Counted from the first letter of the stretch, positions 29,266-39,591 are shown. The stretch: DNA of 64,000 bases from an uncultured Acidobacteriota bacterium (GCA_963779415.1 CAVZYA010000002.1:1472001-1536000); one strand, 5' to 3'. Made by a program: numbers and translations. Notes: a model not told the origin generated them from the sequence alone.

Positions 29266-30898
29266 GTGCAAAAGCCTGTCGGTTGGCGCATCGCCCTGAC
29301 GCTGGCGGTTCTCGCCGCCTCCATAGCCGCGTACTGGTGGCGGGGCCACGAAGCGCTCAGGAAGTCGCCGCTCGCCCCGCCCGATCCGAGCGTCTCGGAC
29401 GTCCTCAGGAGCGGGCTCAAGCTTGGGCTCGACCTCCGGGGCGGCATCCACCTCGTCATGCAGGTCGTGACGGCGGATGCGCTTCGCGTCGAGGCACAGG
29501 ACGTCCTCGAGCACGTGAAGGACGAGGCGGGCAAGCGCGGCATGACCGTGAGCCCGGCCGGCCCGCGCGGACGCCGGCGGGTTCACGCTCAAGATCGACG
29601 AGAAGACCGAGACGGCGAAGCTGCGCGACCTGCTAAAAGCCTCGCTTCCGCCGAACGCGTGGGACGTCTCCGAGCGAGGGCGCGAGTGGAAGGTCTCCCT
29701 CAAGGACGCCGAGAAGATGGCGATCGAGGATCAGGCGGTGCGCCAGGCCGTCGAGACCGTCCGGAACCGCGTCGACGCCCTAGGCGTGGCCGAGCCCTTC
29801 ATCGGCCGGCAAGGGACGGACCGGATCCTGATCCAGCTCCCGGGAGTCGACGACCCGGCCCGAGTGAAGGAGATCATCGGGACGACCGGCCTTCTCGAGC
29901 TGAAGCTCGTGGACGAAAAGGGAGGGCCGTATCCGACCGCCGAGGCTGCCGCGGCCGCGTACGGCGGGACGATCCCGGCGGACCTCGTCGTCGTCGAGGG
30001 CTTCAGCGAGGATGCCGAGGCGCGGACGCGGACGACGGTCTACTATGTCCTCCGGAGGGCCTCGGTCATCACGGGGCGCGACCTGAAGAACGCCCGCGTC
30101 GGTCGCGACAAGTTCAACCAGCCCGCCGTCGAGTTCTTCCTGAACGCGGCCGGCGCCGTGAAGTTCGGGGACGCCACGGGGCGGAACGTCGGCAAGCGCC
30201 TCGCCATCGTCCTCGACAACCGCGTCCAGTCGGCCCCCGTCATCAACAGCCAGATCAAGGACACCGGCATCATCGAGGGGAACTTCACGCCCGACCGGGC
30301 GGAGGCGCTCACGCTCGTCCTGAAGTCGGGCGCCCTCCCGGCCCAGATGATCAGCCTCGAGGAGCGGACGGTCGGGCCGTCGCTCGGCCTCGACTCCATC
30401 CGTCAGGGGATCCTCGCCGCGATCGTCGGGATGGTCCTCGTCTTCATCGCGACGGTCCTCTACTACCGGCTCGCCGGCGTGAACGCCGTCATCGCGCTGA
30501 TCCTCAACGCCGTCATCCTCCTCGGCGCCATGGCGTGGATCAACGCGACGCTGACGCTCCCCGGCATCGCCGGCTTCATCCTGACCATCGGCATGGCGGT
30601 CGACTCCAACGTCCTGATCTTCGAGCGCATCCGCGAGGAGATGGACGGCGGGAAGGCCCCGAAGGCCGCCATCGACCTCGGATTCAAGCGCGCCTTCGGC
30701 ACGATCATCGACACGCACGTGACGACGATCTCCGCCGCCGCCTTCCTCTTCCAGTTCGGCACCGGCCCCGTCCGGGGGTTCGCCGTCACGCTCGTCATCG
30801 GCCTCGCCGCCTCGATGTTCACCGCCGTCTTCGTGTCGCACCTCCTCTTCGACCTCGTCTACGGGTCGAAGCCGAAGGTCGAGACGATCTCCATCTGA
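29266..30898 (+). CDS. secD: Protein translocase subunit SecD, +1 frameshift near 29565
   Basis: LKLGLDLRGGIHLV, RNRVDALGVAEP, LKSGALPA, VGPSLG, LTLPGIAG..IGMAVDSNVLIFERIREE. Confidence 0.95.
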
Positions 30899-30909
30899 AG
30901 GAAGGGCCC

Positions 30910-32131
30910 GTGCGTCTCTTCAAGAACACCCAGATCGACTTCCTCGGAATCAAGTGGTGGATGATCGGGCTCTCGACCGCGCTCGCCATCCTCGGGGCCA
31001 TCTCGCTCGTCGCTGCGGGGAGGACCGCGCCTCGGCATCGACTTCACGGGCGGCGCGCAGCTCCTCTACGCCTTCAAGGACCGTCCCGACGAGAACCAGA
31101 TCCGGAAGATCGTCGAGGCCGCCAACGTCAAGCTCGACTCGGCCCAGCGGTTCGACAAGGCCGAGAAGAACGAGGTCCTTCTCCGGATCCCGATGGATCA
31201 GAAGGAAGGGCGCGACGTCCGGGGCGAGGTGACGATCGCCCTCTCGAAGGCGATGTTCCCGCAAGGGGCGGAGCCCGGCGCCTTCGACCTGAACGTGAAC
31301 GGCGGCGACCTTCTCCTCGCCCGGCTCCTCTCGGAGGACCCGGAGAAGCTCGCCTCCCGCTCCGGCGTCGATCCGAAGACGGAGTACCAGAAGACCGTGC
31401 AGGCGATCATCGCGGCGCGCTCGTCCAAGGGGCTGTTTCACTCGATCGACGAGGTCGCGTCCGTGCCGGGGGTGTCGCCCGCCGTCGCGAGCTGGCTCAA
31501 GGAGAAGACGCTCGTCGGTCCCTTCACGCTCCTCCAGGCCGAGAACGTCGGTCCGCAGGTCGGGCGGGACCTCCGGCGGCAGGGGCTCTGGGCGATCGCG
31601 CTTTCGTGGGGGGCGATGCTCCTCTACGTCGGCGTCCGCTTCCGCTCCGCCTCCTTCGGGACGGCCGCGGTCGTCGCGATCATCCACGACACCTGGATCA
31701 CGCTGGGGCTCTGCTCGATCCTCTCCGTCGAGATCTCGCTCACGGTCGTCGCGGCCTTCCTGACCCTGATCGGCTACTCGATGAACGACACGGTCGTCGT
31801 CTACGACCGGATCCGGGAGAACCTCCAGAAGACGCGGAAGAAGCCGCTCACGGCGATCGTCAACGAGTCGATCAACCAGACGCTCTCCCGGACGGTCCTG
31901 ACCTCGGGCCTCACCTTTCTCGTCGTCGTCGCCCTCTTCTTCCTCGGCGGCGAGGTGCTGCGGCCCTTCTCCTTCGTGATGCTCGTCGGCATCATCATCG
32001 GGACCTACTCGTCCATCTTCATCGCCGCCCCGCTCGTCATCGTCTGGGAGGACTGGAAGACGAAGCGCGCCGCGGCGCGCAAGAGCGCCGCCGAGCCGTC
32101 CGGAAAGAAAGCGGCCGCGAAGGCCCGTTAG
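30910..32131 (+). CDS. secF: Protein translocase subunit SecF, +1 frameshift near 31012, with an HhH-like insertion
   Basis: LGIDFTGG (frame after the shift), VGPQVGRDL, IIHD, LIGYSMNDTVVVYDRIRENL, SINQTLSRT, GTYSSIFIAAP. Confidence 0.95.
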
Positions 32132-33381
32132 CCGGCCGCGCCGTCCCGCTCGCTCCCGAGGACGCCTTCCCAGCGCGCCACGACGACCGCCGCGACGCAG
32201 TTGCCCGCGACGTTGATCGAGGTGCGGCCCATGTCCATGAGCCCGTCCACGGCGAGGATCATGGCGACGCCCGCCTCGGCCGGCAGGCCGAAGCCTGCGC
32301 AGCCGGCCGCGATGATCACGAGCGCCCCCCGCGGGACGGCCGCGACGCCCTTGGACGTGAGCATCAGGACGAGGCACATCGAGACCTGCTCGGCGAGCGT
32401 CAGGTGGCGCCCGGCGGCCTGCGCGATCGTCATCGTCGCGAGGACGATGTAGAGGGTCGAGCCGTCGAGGTTGAAGCTGTAGCCCGCGGGGAGGACGAAC
32501 CCGGCGACGCCTTTCGGGACGCCGAACTCGACGACGCGCTCGAGCGCGCGGGGGAGCGCCGCTTCCGAGGAGGCCGTCGAGAAGGCGATCAGGAACGGCT
32601 CGCGGACCTTCGCGAAGAAGCGCCGGACGGAAACGCCCGCGATCTTGAGAGCCGGGACGAAGACGACGAGGGCGAAGACGACGAGCGCGGCGTAGAGCGA
32701 CCCGACGAGCTTCGCGTAGTTCCCGAGGACCGTGATCCCGTGGTGCGAGACGGCGCCCGCCATCGCGCCGAAGACGCCGAGGGGCGTCAGGGACATCACG
32801 TAGTCCGTGAGCTGGAAGAGGACGGTGACGGCCGAGTCGAGGAAGTCGACGAACGGCCGGGCGCGGTTGGTGCCGACGTGCGCGGCCGCGACGCCGAGGA
32901 GGGTCGCGAAGATGACGACCTGGAGCATGTCCTGCTTCGCCATGGCCTCGACCGGATTCGACGGGAAGAGGTGGAGAAGCGTCTCGACGAGCCCCTTCGG
33001 CTTCGCGAGCGCCTCTCCGGACGGCGGGAGCGTCAGGCCGAGGCCGGGCTTCACGGCGTTCGCGAAGACGAGGCCGATCACGAGCGCGACCGTCGTCGCG
33101 GCCTCGAAGTAGATCAGGGCCTTGATGCCCATCCGGCCCACGGCCTTCACGTCGGCCGTCTTCCCGATCCCGACGACGATCATCGCGAAGATGAGCGGGA
33201 CGACGAGCATCTTGATGAGGCTGATGAAGGCCTGCGAGAGGAACCGGAAGATCTCATAGGCCGCCGGGTGGGTCTCGGCCGGGAGGAGATGGCCGAGGAC
33301 GATGCCGAGGGCGAGGGCGTAGAGAATGAGGGCGGTCGAGGAGAGCCAGGGAGCGCGGCGGCGTCCTGGAGCTCGTGTCAC
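32128..33381 (-). CDS. Dicarboxylate/amino acid:cation symporter (GltP/DctA family)
   Basis: FISLIKMLVVPLIF, AFSTASSEAALP, GYSFNLDGS, LTSKGVAAVPR, MDMGRTSINVAGN. Confidence 0.93.
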   Translation of the reverse strand: MTRAPGRRRAPWLSSTALILYALALGIVLGHLLPAETHPAAYEIFRFLSQAFISLIKMLVVPLIFAMIVVGIGKTADVKAVGRMGIKALIYFEAATTVALVIGLVFANAVKPGLGLTLPPSGEALAKPKGLVETLLHLFPSNPVEAMAKQDMLQVVIFATLLGVAAAHVGTNRARPFVDFLDSAVTVLFQLTDYVMSLTPLGVFGAMAGAVSHHGITVLGNYAKLVGSLYAALVVFALVVFVPALKIAGVSVRRFFAKVREPFLIAFSTASSEAALPRALERVVEFGVPKGVAGFVLPAGYSFNLDGSTLYIVLATMTIAQAAGRHLTLAEQVSMCLVLMLTSKGVAAVPRGALVIIAAGCAGFGLPAEAGVAMILAVDGLMDMGRTSINVAGNCVAAVVVARWEGVLGSERDGAAG

Positions 33382-34043
33382 GCGGCGGGGCCCGCCTCCG
33401 GCGACTCCTTCCGGGCGCGCCGGATCTTCCACGCCTCGACGGCGAGCGGAATCATCGAGATCGCGATGATCACGAGGATGGCGACGGAGAAGTTCCGCTT
33501 CACGACGGGGATGTTCCCGAAAAAATAGCCCGAGAGGACGCAGATCAGGACCCAGGCCACGCCGCCGATGACGTTGTAGGAGAGGAAGACGCCGTAGCTC
33601 ATCGATCCGACGCCCGCGACGAAGGGGGCGAACGTCCGGACGATCGGGACGAAGCGGGCGATGATGATCGTCTTCTTCCCGTGCTTCTCGTAGAAGGCCT
33701 CCGTCTTCCGGAGGTGCTCCTGCTTGAGAAAGCGGATCGAGCCGTCAAAGGCCCGGGGGCCGATCTTCTTCCCGATCCAGTAGTTCGCCGTGTCGCCGAG
33801 AATCGCGGCCGCCGAGAGGACCGCGAGAAGGACGCCGAGGGGGAGCGACCCGAGCGACGCGAGCGTCCCGGCCGTGAAGAGGAGCGAGTCGCCGGGGAGG
33901 AAGGGCGTGACGACGAGGCCCGTCTCGCAGAAGACGATGACGAAGAGGATGACGTTCGTGAAGGCGCCGTAGTCGCGCGTCACTTCGGTGAGGTGGCGGT
34001 CGAGGTGGAGGAAGATGTCGACGAGCTGCCGAAGAAAGTCCAA
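33378..34043 (-). CDS. dedA: DedA family membrane protein
   Basis: TTG start with GAGGAG RBS; IVFCETGLVVTPFLPGDSLLF, ARFVPIVRTFAPFVAG. Confidence 0.93.
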   Translation of the reverse strand: MDFLRQLVDIFLHLDRHLTEVTRDYGAFTNVILFVIVFCETGLVVTPFLPGDSLLFTAGTLASLGSLPLGVLLAVLSAAAILGDTANYWIGKKIGPRAFDGSIRFLKQEHLRKTEAFYEKHGKKTIIIARFVPIVRTFAPFVAGVGSMSYGVFLSYNVIGGVAWVLICVLSGYFFGNIPVVKRNFSVAILVIIAISMIPLAVEAWKIRRARKESPEAGPAA

Positions 34044-34103
34044 TCGTCTCCTCTTTCGCGCGGAGGATAGCCGGAAAACCCGCGATGCCGCGATAATCGG
34101 GGG

Positions 34104-36296
34104 GTGCTGAGGTTCGAGGACATCCTCGAGAAGGTGGAGAGCTACCATCCGAAGGTGGACGAGGCGCTGCTGCGCCGCGCCTACGTCGTCTCCGCGAACG
34201 CCCACCGCAACCAGATCCGCTCCTCCGGCGAGCCGTACCTCATCCACCCGCTCAACGTCGCGATGATCCTCGCCGAGCTCCGGCTGGACGAGGTGTCGAT
34301 CGCGACGGGCCTCCTGCACGACGTCCTCGAGGACACGGAGATGACGAAGGAGCGGCTCGCCGAGCTGTTCGGGGAGGACGTCGCGCACCTCGTCGACGGC
34401 GTCACGAAGATCGGCCGCTACGCCTTCACCTCGCGAGAGGCGCAGCAGGCCGAGACGTTCCGGAAGATGCTCCTCGCGATGACGGACGACCTCCGGGTCA
34501 TCCTCGTCAAGCTCGCGGACCGCCTCCACAACATGAGGACGCTCGAGCACCTTCCGGACGAGAAGAGGCGCGCGGTGGCCGCCGAGACGATGGAGATCTA
34601 CGCGCCCCTCGCGAACCGTCTCGGGATGGGGAAGATGAAAGGGGAGCTGGAAGACCTTTCCTTCCGGTTCCTCCATCCCGAGGAGCACGCCGCGCTCGCA
34701 GCCGCCATCGACGAACGCCTGAAGACGTCGGCCGCGAGCGTCGAGCGGATCCGGAGAGAGCTCATCGAGAAGACGCGCGCCGCGGGGATCGAAGCGGAGG
34801 TGACGGGGCGGGTCAAGCGCTTCTGGTCGATCCGGCAGAAGCTCCGCCGGCAGCAGATCCCGCTCGAGCAGCTCTACGACATCCTCGCGTTCCGGATCCT
34901 CGTGGAGACGATCCCGCACTGCTACTCCGTCCTCGGCATCGTCCACCAGGCCTGGCGTCCGCTTCCGGGCCGGATCAAGGACTACATCGCGATGCCGAAG
35001 CCGAACTTCTACCAGGCCCTTCACACGACGCTCGTTCCGGAGAACGCACCCCCCTTCGAGGTGCAGATCCGGACTCGCGAGATGGAGATGATCGCCGAGC
35101 ACGGGATCGCGGCCCACTGGAAGTACAAGGAGGGGAAGCTCGACCCGAAAGCGGACGAGGCCTCGATCGGGATGGTCCGGCAGCTCCTCGAGACCACGCG
35201 GGAGATCTCCAACCCGCGCGAGTTCCTGACGGCGCTCCGCATCGATCTCTATCCGGACGAGGTCTACACGTTCTCGCCGAAGGGAGCCGTCTTCTCGTTC
35301 CCGCGCGGGGCGACGCCGATCGACTTCGCCTACCGCATCCACACCGGCGTGGGGCATCACTGCGTCGGCGCCCGGGTGAACGGACGCCTCCTCCCGCTCA
35401 AGACGCCGCTCGAGAACGGCGACATCGTCGAGATCCTGACGTCGCCGTCGGCCCAGCCGTCGCGGGACTGGCTCGGGTTCGCCGTGACGTCCCGGGCGAA
35501 GAACAAGATCCGGGCCTTCATCCACGCCGCGGAGAAGGAGAAGTCGATCGAGATCGGACGGCGGCTTCTCGAGCGCGAGCTGAAGAGGTTCAAGAAGAGC
35601 CTGGCGCGCCTCGTCGAGCAGAAGGCCTTCGACCCGTGGCTGGCCGAATTCGGCTCCGCGAAGCTGGAGGATCTCCTCGCGGACGTCGGGTACGGGAAGG
35701 TCCTGCCGAAGGCGGTCGTCGCCAGGCTGCTGCCGGCCGAGACCGAAGGCGCGGAGGCGCCCCCTCCGGCCCCCTCCCGCGTCGCCACCCTCCGGTCGGC
35801 GATGCGGCGCGTCCTGCCGTTCGGGGCGGCCGCGGGGATCCGCGTGAAGGGGGAGAACGACCTCCTCGCCACGCTCGCGGAATGCTGCCGGCCCGTTCCC
35901 GGGGACGAGATCGTCGGCTACGTCACGCGCGGGCGCGGCGTCTCCGTCCACGCCACCGCCTGCCCGAACGTCCGGAACCTCCTCTTCGACCCCGCCCGGG
36001 AGATCGAGGTGGAGTGGCACAGCGCGAAGGACTCCTCGTTCACGGTGGACCTGGAGATCCGGACCGAGGACAAGCCGGGGATGCTCGCGAAAATCACACA
36101 GGTGATCTCGGCGGCGGGCTCCAACATCCGGTCGATCGAGGCCCGCACCTCCCGCGACGGGACGGCGACGATCGAGGGGAGCGTGACGACCCGGGACCGG
36201 CGCCACCTGGAGAAGCTCCTCGTGACGCTCCGGCGGGTCCCCGGCGTGACCGAGGTCCGGCGACGGTTCAACCTTTCGGGGGTCGAGGCGGGCTGA
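34104..36296 (+). CDS. spoT: Bifunctional (p)ppGpp synthetase/hydrolase (RelA/SpoT)
   Basis: HD motif LLHDVLEDT, KLADRLHNMRTL, KDYIAMPKPN.YQALHT, EVQIRT, TGS domain TPIDFAY, CCRPVPGD, C-terminal ACT domain. Confidence 0.95.
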   Translation: MLRFEDILEKVESYHPKVDEALLRRAYVVSANAHRNQIRSSGEPYLIHPLNVAMILAELRLDEVSIATGLLHDVLEDTEMTKERLAELFGEDVAHLVDGVTKIGRYAFTSREAQQAETFRKMLLAMTDDLRVILVKLADRLHNMRTLEHLPDEKRRAVAAETMEIYAPLANRLGMGKMKGELEDLSFRFLHPEEHAALAAAIDERLKTSAASVERIRRELIEKTRAAGIEAEVTGRVKRFWSIRQKLRRQQIPLEQLYDILAFRILVETIPHCYSVLGIVHQAWRPLPGRIKDYIAMPKPNFYQALHTTLVPENAPPFEVQIRTREMEMIAEHGIAAHWKYKEGKLDPKADEASIGMVRQLLETTREISNPREFLTALRIDLYPDEVYTFSPKGAVFSFPRGATPIDFAYRIHTGVGHHCVGARVNGRLLPLKTPLENGDIVEILTSPSAQPSRDWLGFAVTSRAKNKIRAFIHAAEKEKSIEIGRRLLERELKRFKKSLARLVEQKAFDPWLAEFGSAKLEDLLADVGYGKVLPKAVVARLLPAETEGAEAPPPAPSRVATLRSAMRRVLPFGAAAGIRVKGENDLLATLAECCRPVPGDEIVGYVTRGRGVSVHATACPNVRNLLFDPAREIEVEWHSAKDSSFTVDLEIRTEDKPGMLAKITQVISAAGSNIRSIEARTSRDGTATIEGSVTTRDRRHLEKLLVTLRRVPGVTEVRRRFNLSGVEAG

Positions 36297-36305
36297 AGTG
36301 GATCA

Positions 36306-36330
36306 GGGGAACCCGATGGCCGGGTTCCCC
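36306..36330. terminator. Hairpin between convergent relA/spoT and rpmB
   Basis: GGGGAACCCG-ATGGC-CGGGTTCCCC, perfect 10-bp stem; no clear U-tract. Confidence 0.6.
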
Positions 36331-36367
36331 CGAACTCCCTCCGCGCCCTACGGAGAGAATTTCGGGG

Positions 36368-36562
36368 CTACCGGACGACCTTCGTGACCTTCCCGCTGCG
36401 AAGACAGCGTGTACAGACCTTGATCCGTTTTGAGCCGCCGGGCGTGGCGGCCCGGACGCTCTTCACGTTCGGCCGGAAGCGCCGGTTGGAAACGTTGTGG
36501 GCATGGCTGATGCGGTGGCCGGCCACCGAGGTCTTTCCGCAGATGTCGCAGGCGTGGGCCAT
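36368..36562 (-). CDS. rpmB: 50S ribosomal protein L28 (Zn-ribbon form)
   Basis: MAHACDICGK..GHRISHAHNVSNRRFRPN..KVCTRCLRSG. Confidence 0.96.
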   Translation of the reverse strand: MAHACDICGKTSVAGHRISHAHNVSNRRFRPNVKSVRAATPGGSKRIKVCTRCLRSGKVTKVVR

Positions 36563-36599
36563 GGAGTCCTTCCTCGCCCGGCCGGGCGACCGGGTCGGG

Positions 36600-36628
36600 T
36601 TTATACGCTCCGGGGAAGCGCGATGCAA
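36600..36628 (-). promoter_or_regulatory. Sigma70-type promoter of rpmB
   Basis: Minus strand TTGCAT, 17 nt spacer, TATAAA. Confidence 0.6.
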
Positions 36629-36750
36629 GCGAAATCGCCTATTCCTAAGAACTTGACACTCCCCGTGGGAGGTGGGGGAAAATAACGCTCGGAACTCTGC
36701 CTGAATACGTTGATTGCCTCTGACGTTTGAGGAGGGAGGGCAGCCGAACC

Positions 36751-37806
36751 GTGCTGTTCCGGAAACCCAAGAACCTCGTAGGGCTCGATATCGGTTCGTC
36801 GGCCGTCAAGCTGGTGGAGCTTCGCGAGGGAAAAGAAGGCTCCTACCAGCTCGTGCGGGCGGGCCTCGAGACCCTCTCCCCGGAGGCGATCGTCGACGGC
36901 TCGATCATGGACTCCTCCCTCGTCGTCGAGGCCATCTCAAGGCTCCTCCAGTCGACCGGCGCCAAGGGGCAGAACGTCGCCGTCTCCGTCTCCGGCCACT
37001 CGGTCATCGTGAAGAAGATCCTCCTGCCGATGATGCCGGAGGAAGAACTGGCCGAGTCGATCCGCTGGGAAGCGGAGCAGTACGTCCCGTTCGACATCAA
37101 CGACGTCTACCTCGACTATGTCGTCCTCGACCCGGGAGCCGTGGGAGAGACGATGTCGGTCCTCCTCGTGGCGGCCAAGCGGGAGAAGGTGGACGACCTG
37201 AAGAACGTCGTCACGCAGGCGGGTCGGATCTCCTCGCTCGTGGACGTGGACGTCTTCGCCCTGCAGAACTGCTACGAGGTGAACTACGGCCTCGACCCGG
37301 GTCGGGTGGTCGCCCTCGTGAACATCGGCGCCTCGGTCATGAACGTGAACGTCGTCGCGCAGGGGCAGACGGTCTTCTGGCGTGACATCACGTTCGGTGG
37401 CAACCAGTTCACCGACGCTCTGCAGAAGGCCTATTCCCTGAACTTCGAGCAGGCCGAGGCCCTGAAGAAGGGCGAGCCCGTGGCCGGGCAGAGCGCGCAC
37501 TCTGTCCAGCCCGTTCTCACCGGGGTCTCGGAAGACGTGGCGGCCGAGCTCCAGAAGACGATCGACTTCTTCCAGGCCACCTCCGGCGCCGAGCGCGTCG
37601 ACGCGATGATGCTCTCGGGAGGAGGGGCGAAGGTCGCGAATCTCGACCTCGTCCTGAAGGAGAAGTTCAACCTTCCGGTCGAGATGCTCAACCCGTTCCG
37701 GTCCATCATCGCCGACGAGCGGGTCGTGGACGCCGCATGGCTCACCGAGAACGCGCCTTCGCTCTCGGTCGCCGTGGGCCTCGGCGTCCGGCGGATCGGG
37801 GAGTAG
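36751..37806 (+). CDS. pilM: Type IV pilus assembly protein PilM
   Basis: VGLDIGSSAVKLVEL, IRWEAEQYVPF, VNIGAS, FGGNQFT, LSGGGAK. Confidence 0.95.
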   Translation: MLFRKPKNLVGLDIGSSAVKLVELREGKEGSYQLVRAGLETLSPEAIVDGSIMDSSLVVEAISRLLQSTGAKGQNVAVSVSGHSVIVKKILLPMMPEEELAESIRWEAEQYVPFDINDVYLDYVVLDPGAVGETMSVLLVAAKREKVDDLKNVVTQAGRISSLVDVDVFALQNCYEVNYGLDPGRVVALVNIGASVMNVNVVAQGQTVFWRDITFGGNQFTDALQKAYSLNFEQAEALKKGEPVAGQSAHSVQPVLTGVSEDVAAELQKTIDFFQATSGAERVDAMMLSGGGAKVANLDLVLKEKFNLPVEMLNPFRSIIADERVVDAAWLTENAPSLSVAVGLGVRRIGE

Positions 37807-37818
37807 CGGGGAACGCCG

Positions 37819-38454
37819 ATGATCCGCATCAACCTCCTCGCCGAAGCCAAGCCCGTCCGGAAGAAGCGGGGCGTCGCGGCGCTCGGGCGCGGCGGGCGCT
37901 TCAACACGATCCTGATCGGCGTCGCGATGGGCGTCGCCATCCTCGCGCTTCTCGTCCACTGGTGGATCCTGACGATGCGGATACGAGCCCAGGAAGAAAG
38001 GATCCGCGTGGCGCAGGTCGAGGTCACGCGGCTCGAGTCCGTTCTCAAGGAGGTCAAGGACTTCGAGACGAAGAAGGCGAAGCTCCAGAAGAAAGTCGAT
38101 CTCATCCACCAGCTCAAGCAGAACCAGCGCGGCCCCGTCCGTCTGTTGGACGAGGTTTCCAAGGCCCTTCCCGACCTCGTCTGGCTCGAGCGGCTCGACT
38201 ACCGCGGGAACTCGATCAACATCGTCGGCAAGGCCTTCAACCCGCCGGCCGTCGCGAACTTCCTGGAGAACCTGAAGCGCGTTCCGGCGTTCCAGGAGCC
38301 GAAGGTGTCCTTCCAGCAGTGCGGCGCGGGCGGCGTCCAGCTCGACTGCTTCAACCTTTCCTTCACCTTCACGACGCTCGACCGGCTGCAGTCCGAGACC
38401 GCGGCACCGCCGCCGTCGACGACCGCGCCGGCGAGCGCGGCCCCGGGGAAGTGA
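37819..38454 (+). CDS. pilN: Type IV pilus assembly protein PilN
   Basis: MIRINLL motif, TM helix, coiled coil, ALPDLVWL. Confidence 0.92.
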   Translation: MIRINLLAEAKPVRKKRGVAALGRGGRFNTILIGVAMGVAILALLVHWWILTMRIRAQEERIRVAQVEVTRLESVLKEVKDFETKKAKLQKKVDLIHQLKQNQRGPVRLLDEVSKALPDLVWLERLDYRGNSINIVGKAFNPPAVANFLENLKRVPAFQEPKVSFQQCGAGGVQLDCFNLSFTFTTLDRLQSETAAPPPSTTAPASAAPGK

Positions 38455-38461
38455 GAGCGCC

Positions 38462-39121
38462 ATGGCGATCGATCTGAAGCAGCTCGAAGAGAAGCCCTGG
38501 TACTACGGCCTCGGCGTGGGGCTTCTCCTTGCCGGGCTCCTCTACTTCGCGGCCTACTTCTACCTCCTCGACCTCTCCGGGATGCAGCACAAGCTCGAAG
38601 GGAAGAGGGCCGAGATCGACCAGCTCAACCAGAAGATCACGCAGGGGCGGGCGGCGGAGCGCCGCCTCCCGCAGCTTCGCGAAGAGGTCCGGCGGACGGA
38701 GCTCGACCTGCAGCGCCTCCTCCAGATCCTTCCGACGGCCCGCAACGCCGAGGAGCTGATCAAGCGGTTCGAGCAGCTCGCTCGACAGGGAGACTTCTCC
38801 CTTCGCCGGTTCCAGCCGAAGGACTACATCAATCGGGACTTCTACGCGGAGTGGCCGATCGAGATCCAGATCGACGGCTCCTATCATAACGTCGCCCTTT
38901 TCTTCGACAAGATGGCCCGCTTCTCCCGGATCGTGAACGTGGAGGATCTTCAGATTACGGGAATCCCGGAGAAGGCAGGGCACACCATTTCCGCCCAGTT
39001 CACCGCGAAGACGTTCATCTACCTCGGGGACCAGGCATCCGCGGCGCCGCCGCCTCCGGCCGGGCGGCCCCGAATGAAGCCCGCCGCACCTGCCGAGCGG
39101 AAGGAAGGGGCCGAGGGATGA
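38462..39121 (+). CDS. pilO: Type IV pilus assembly protein PilO
   Basis: TM helix, coiled coil, LLQILP, FYAEWPIEIQIDGSYHNVALFFD..SRIVNV. Confidence 0.92.
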   Translation: MAIDLKQLEEKPWYYGLGVGLLLAGLLYFAAYFYLLDLSGMQHKLEGKRAEIDQLNQKITQGRAAERRLPQLREEVRRTELDLQRLLQILPTARNAEELIKRFEQLARQGDFSLRRFQPKDYINRDFYAEWPIEIQIDGSYHNVALFFDKMARFSRIVNVEDLQITGIPEKAGHTISAQFTAKTFIYLGDQASAAPPPPAGRPRMKPAAPAERKEGAEG

Positions 39122-39591
39122 CGATGCGCCGCATCACGCTTCTCGCGCTCCTTCTCGCCGCCCTGCCGGCCTTCGGCCAGACCCCGACGCCGGTCCCGAC
39201 GCCCGCGGCCGAACCGCCGAAGAACGACGATGCCGACCTGTCCGCTCCCGCTTATCAGTACGAAGTCGGCGGGCGGCGGGACCCGTTCCGCTCCCTGCTC
39301 GTCCGGAACACGACCGAGCGGACGCGCCTCCGGCCGCCGGGACTCGCGGGCGTCATGGTCGACGAAATCGTCCTTGAAGGAACGATCAAGGCCAAGAGCG
39401 GCTGGATGGCATTCATCCGTTCGGCCGACAACCGATCCTACGTGCTCCGAAAAGGTCAGGCACTGTTCGATGGCGAGGTCATGGAAATCACGGCCAACGA
39501 AGTCGTTTTCCGGCAGAACGTGAACGACCCGACGAATCCGAAACCATTCCGGGAAGTGACCAAGTCCATGGGTCTGCAGAGGAAGCCGTGA
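39118..39591 (+). CDS. pilP: Type IV pilus assembly protein PilP-like
   Basis: Y..GGRRDPF motif, LEGTI, SYVLRKG; lies between pilO and pilQ. Confidence 0.8.
   Translation: MTMRRITLLALLLAALPAFGQTPTPVPTPAAEPPKNDDADLSAPAYQYEVGGRRDPFRSLLVRNTTERTRLRPPGLAGVMVDEIVLEGTIKAKSGWMAFIRSADNRSYVLRKGQALFDGEVMEITANEVVFRQNVNDPTNPKPFREVTKSMGLQRKP

Noticed and set aside
29266-33528. 1420-aa ORF suggesting a giant SecD fusion
   Set aside because: Artefact of the frameshifts: it strings together the SecD N-terminus, out-of-frame sequence and the SecF N-terminus
33378-36206. 942-aa DedA fusion
   Set aside because: The upstream part is antisense to relA/spoT; DedA starts at TTG 34043 with its own RBS
36653-36690. 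pilM promoter (perfect TTGACA at 36653)
   Set aside because: No acceptable -10 at 16-18 nt spacing, so it was not called as a feature
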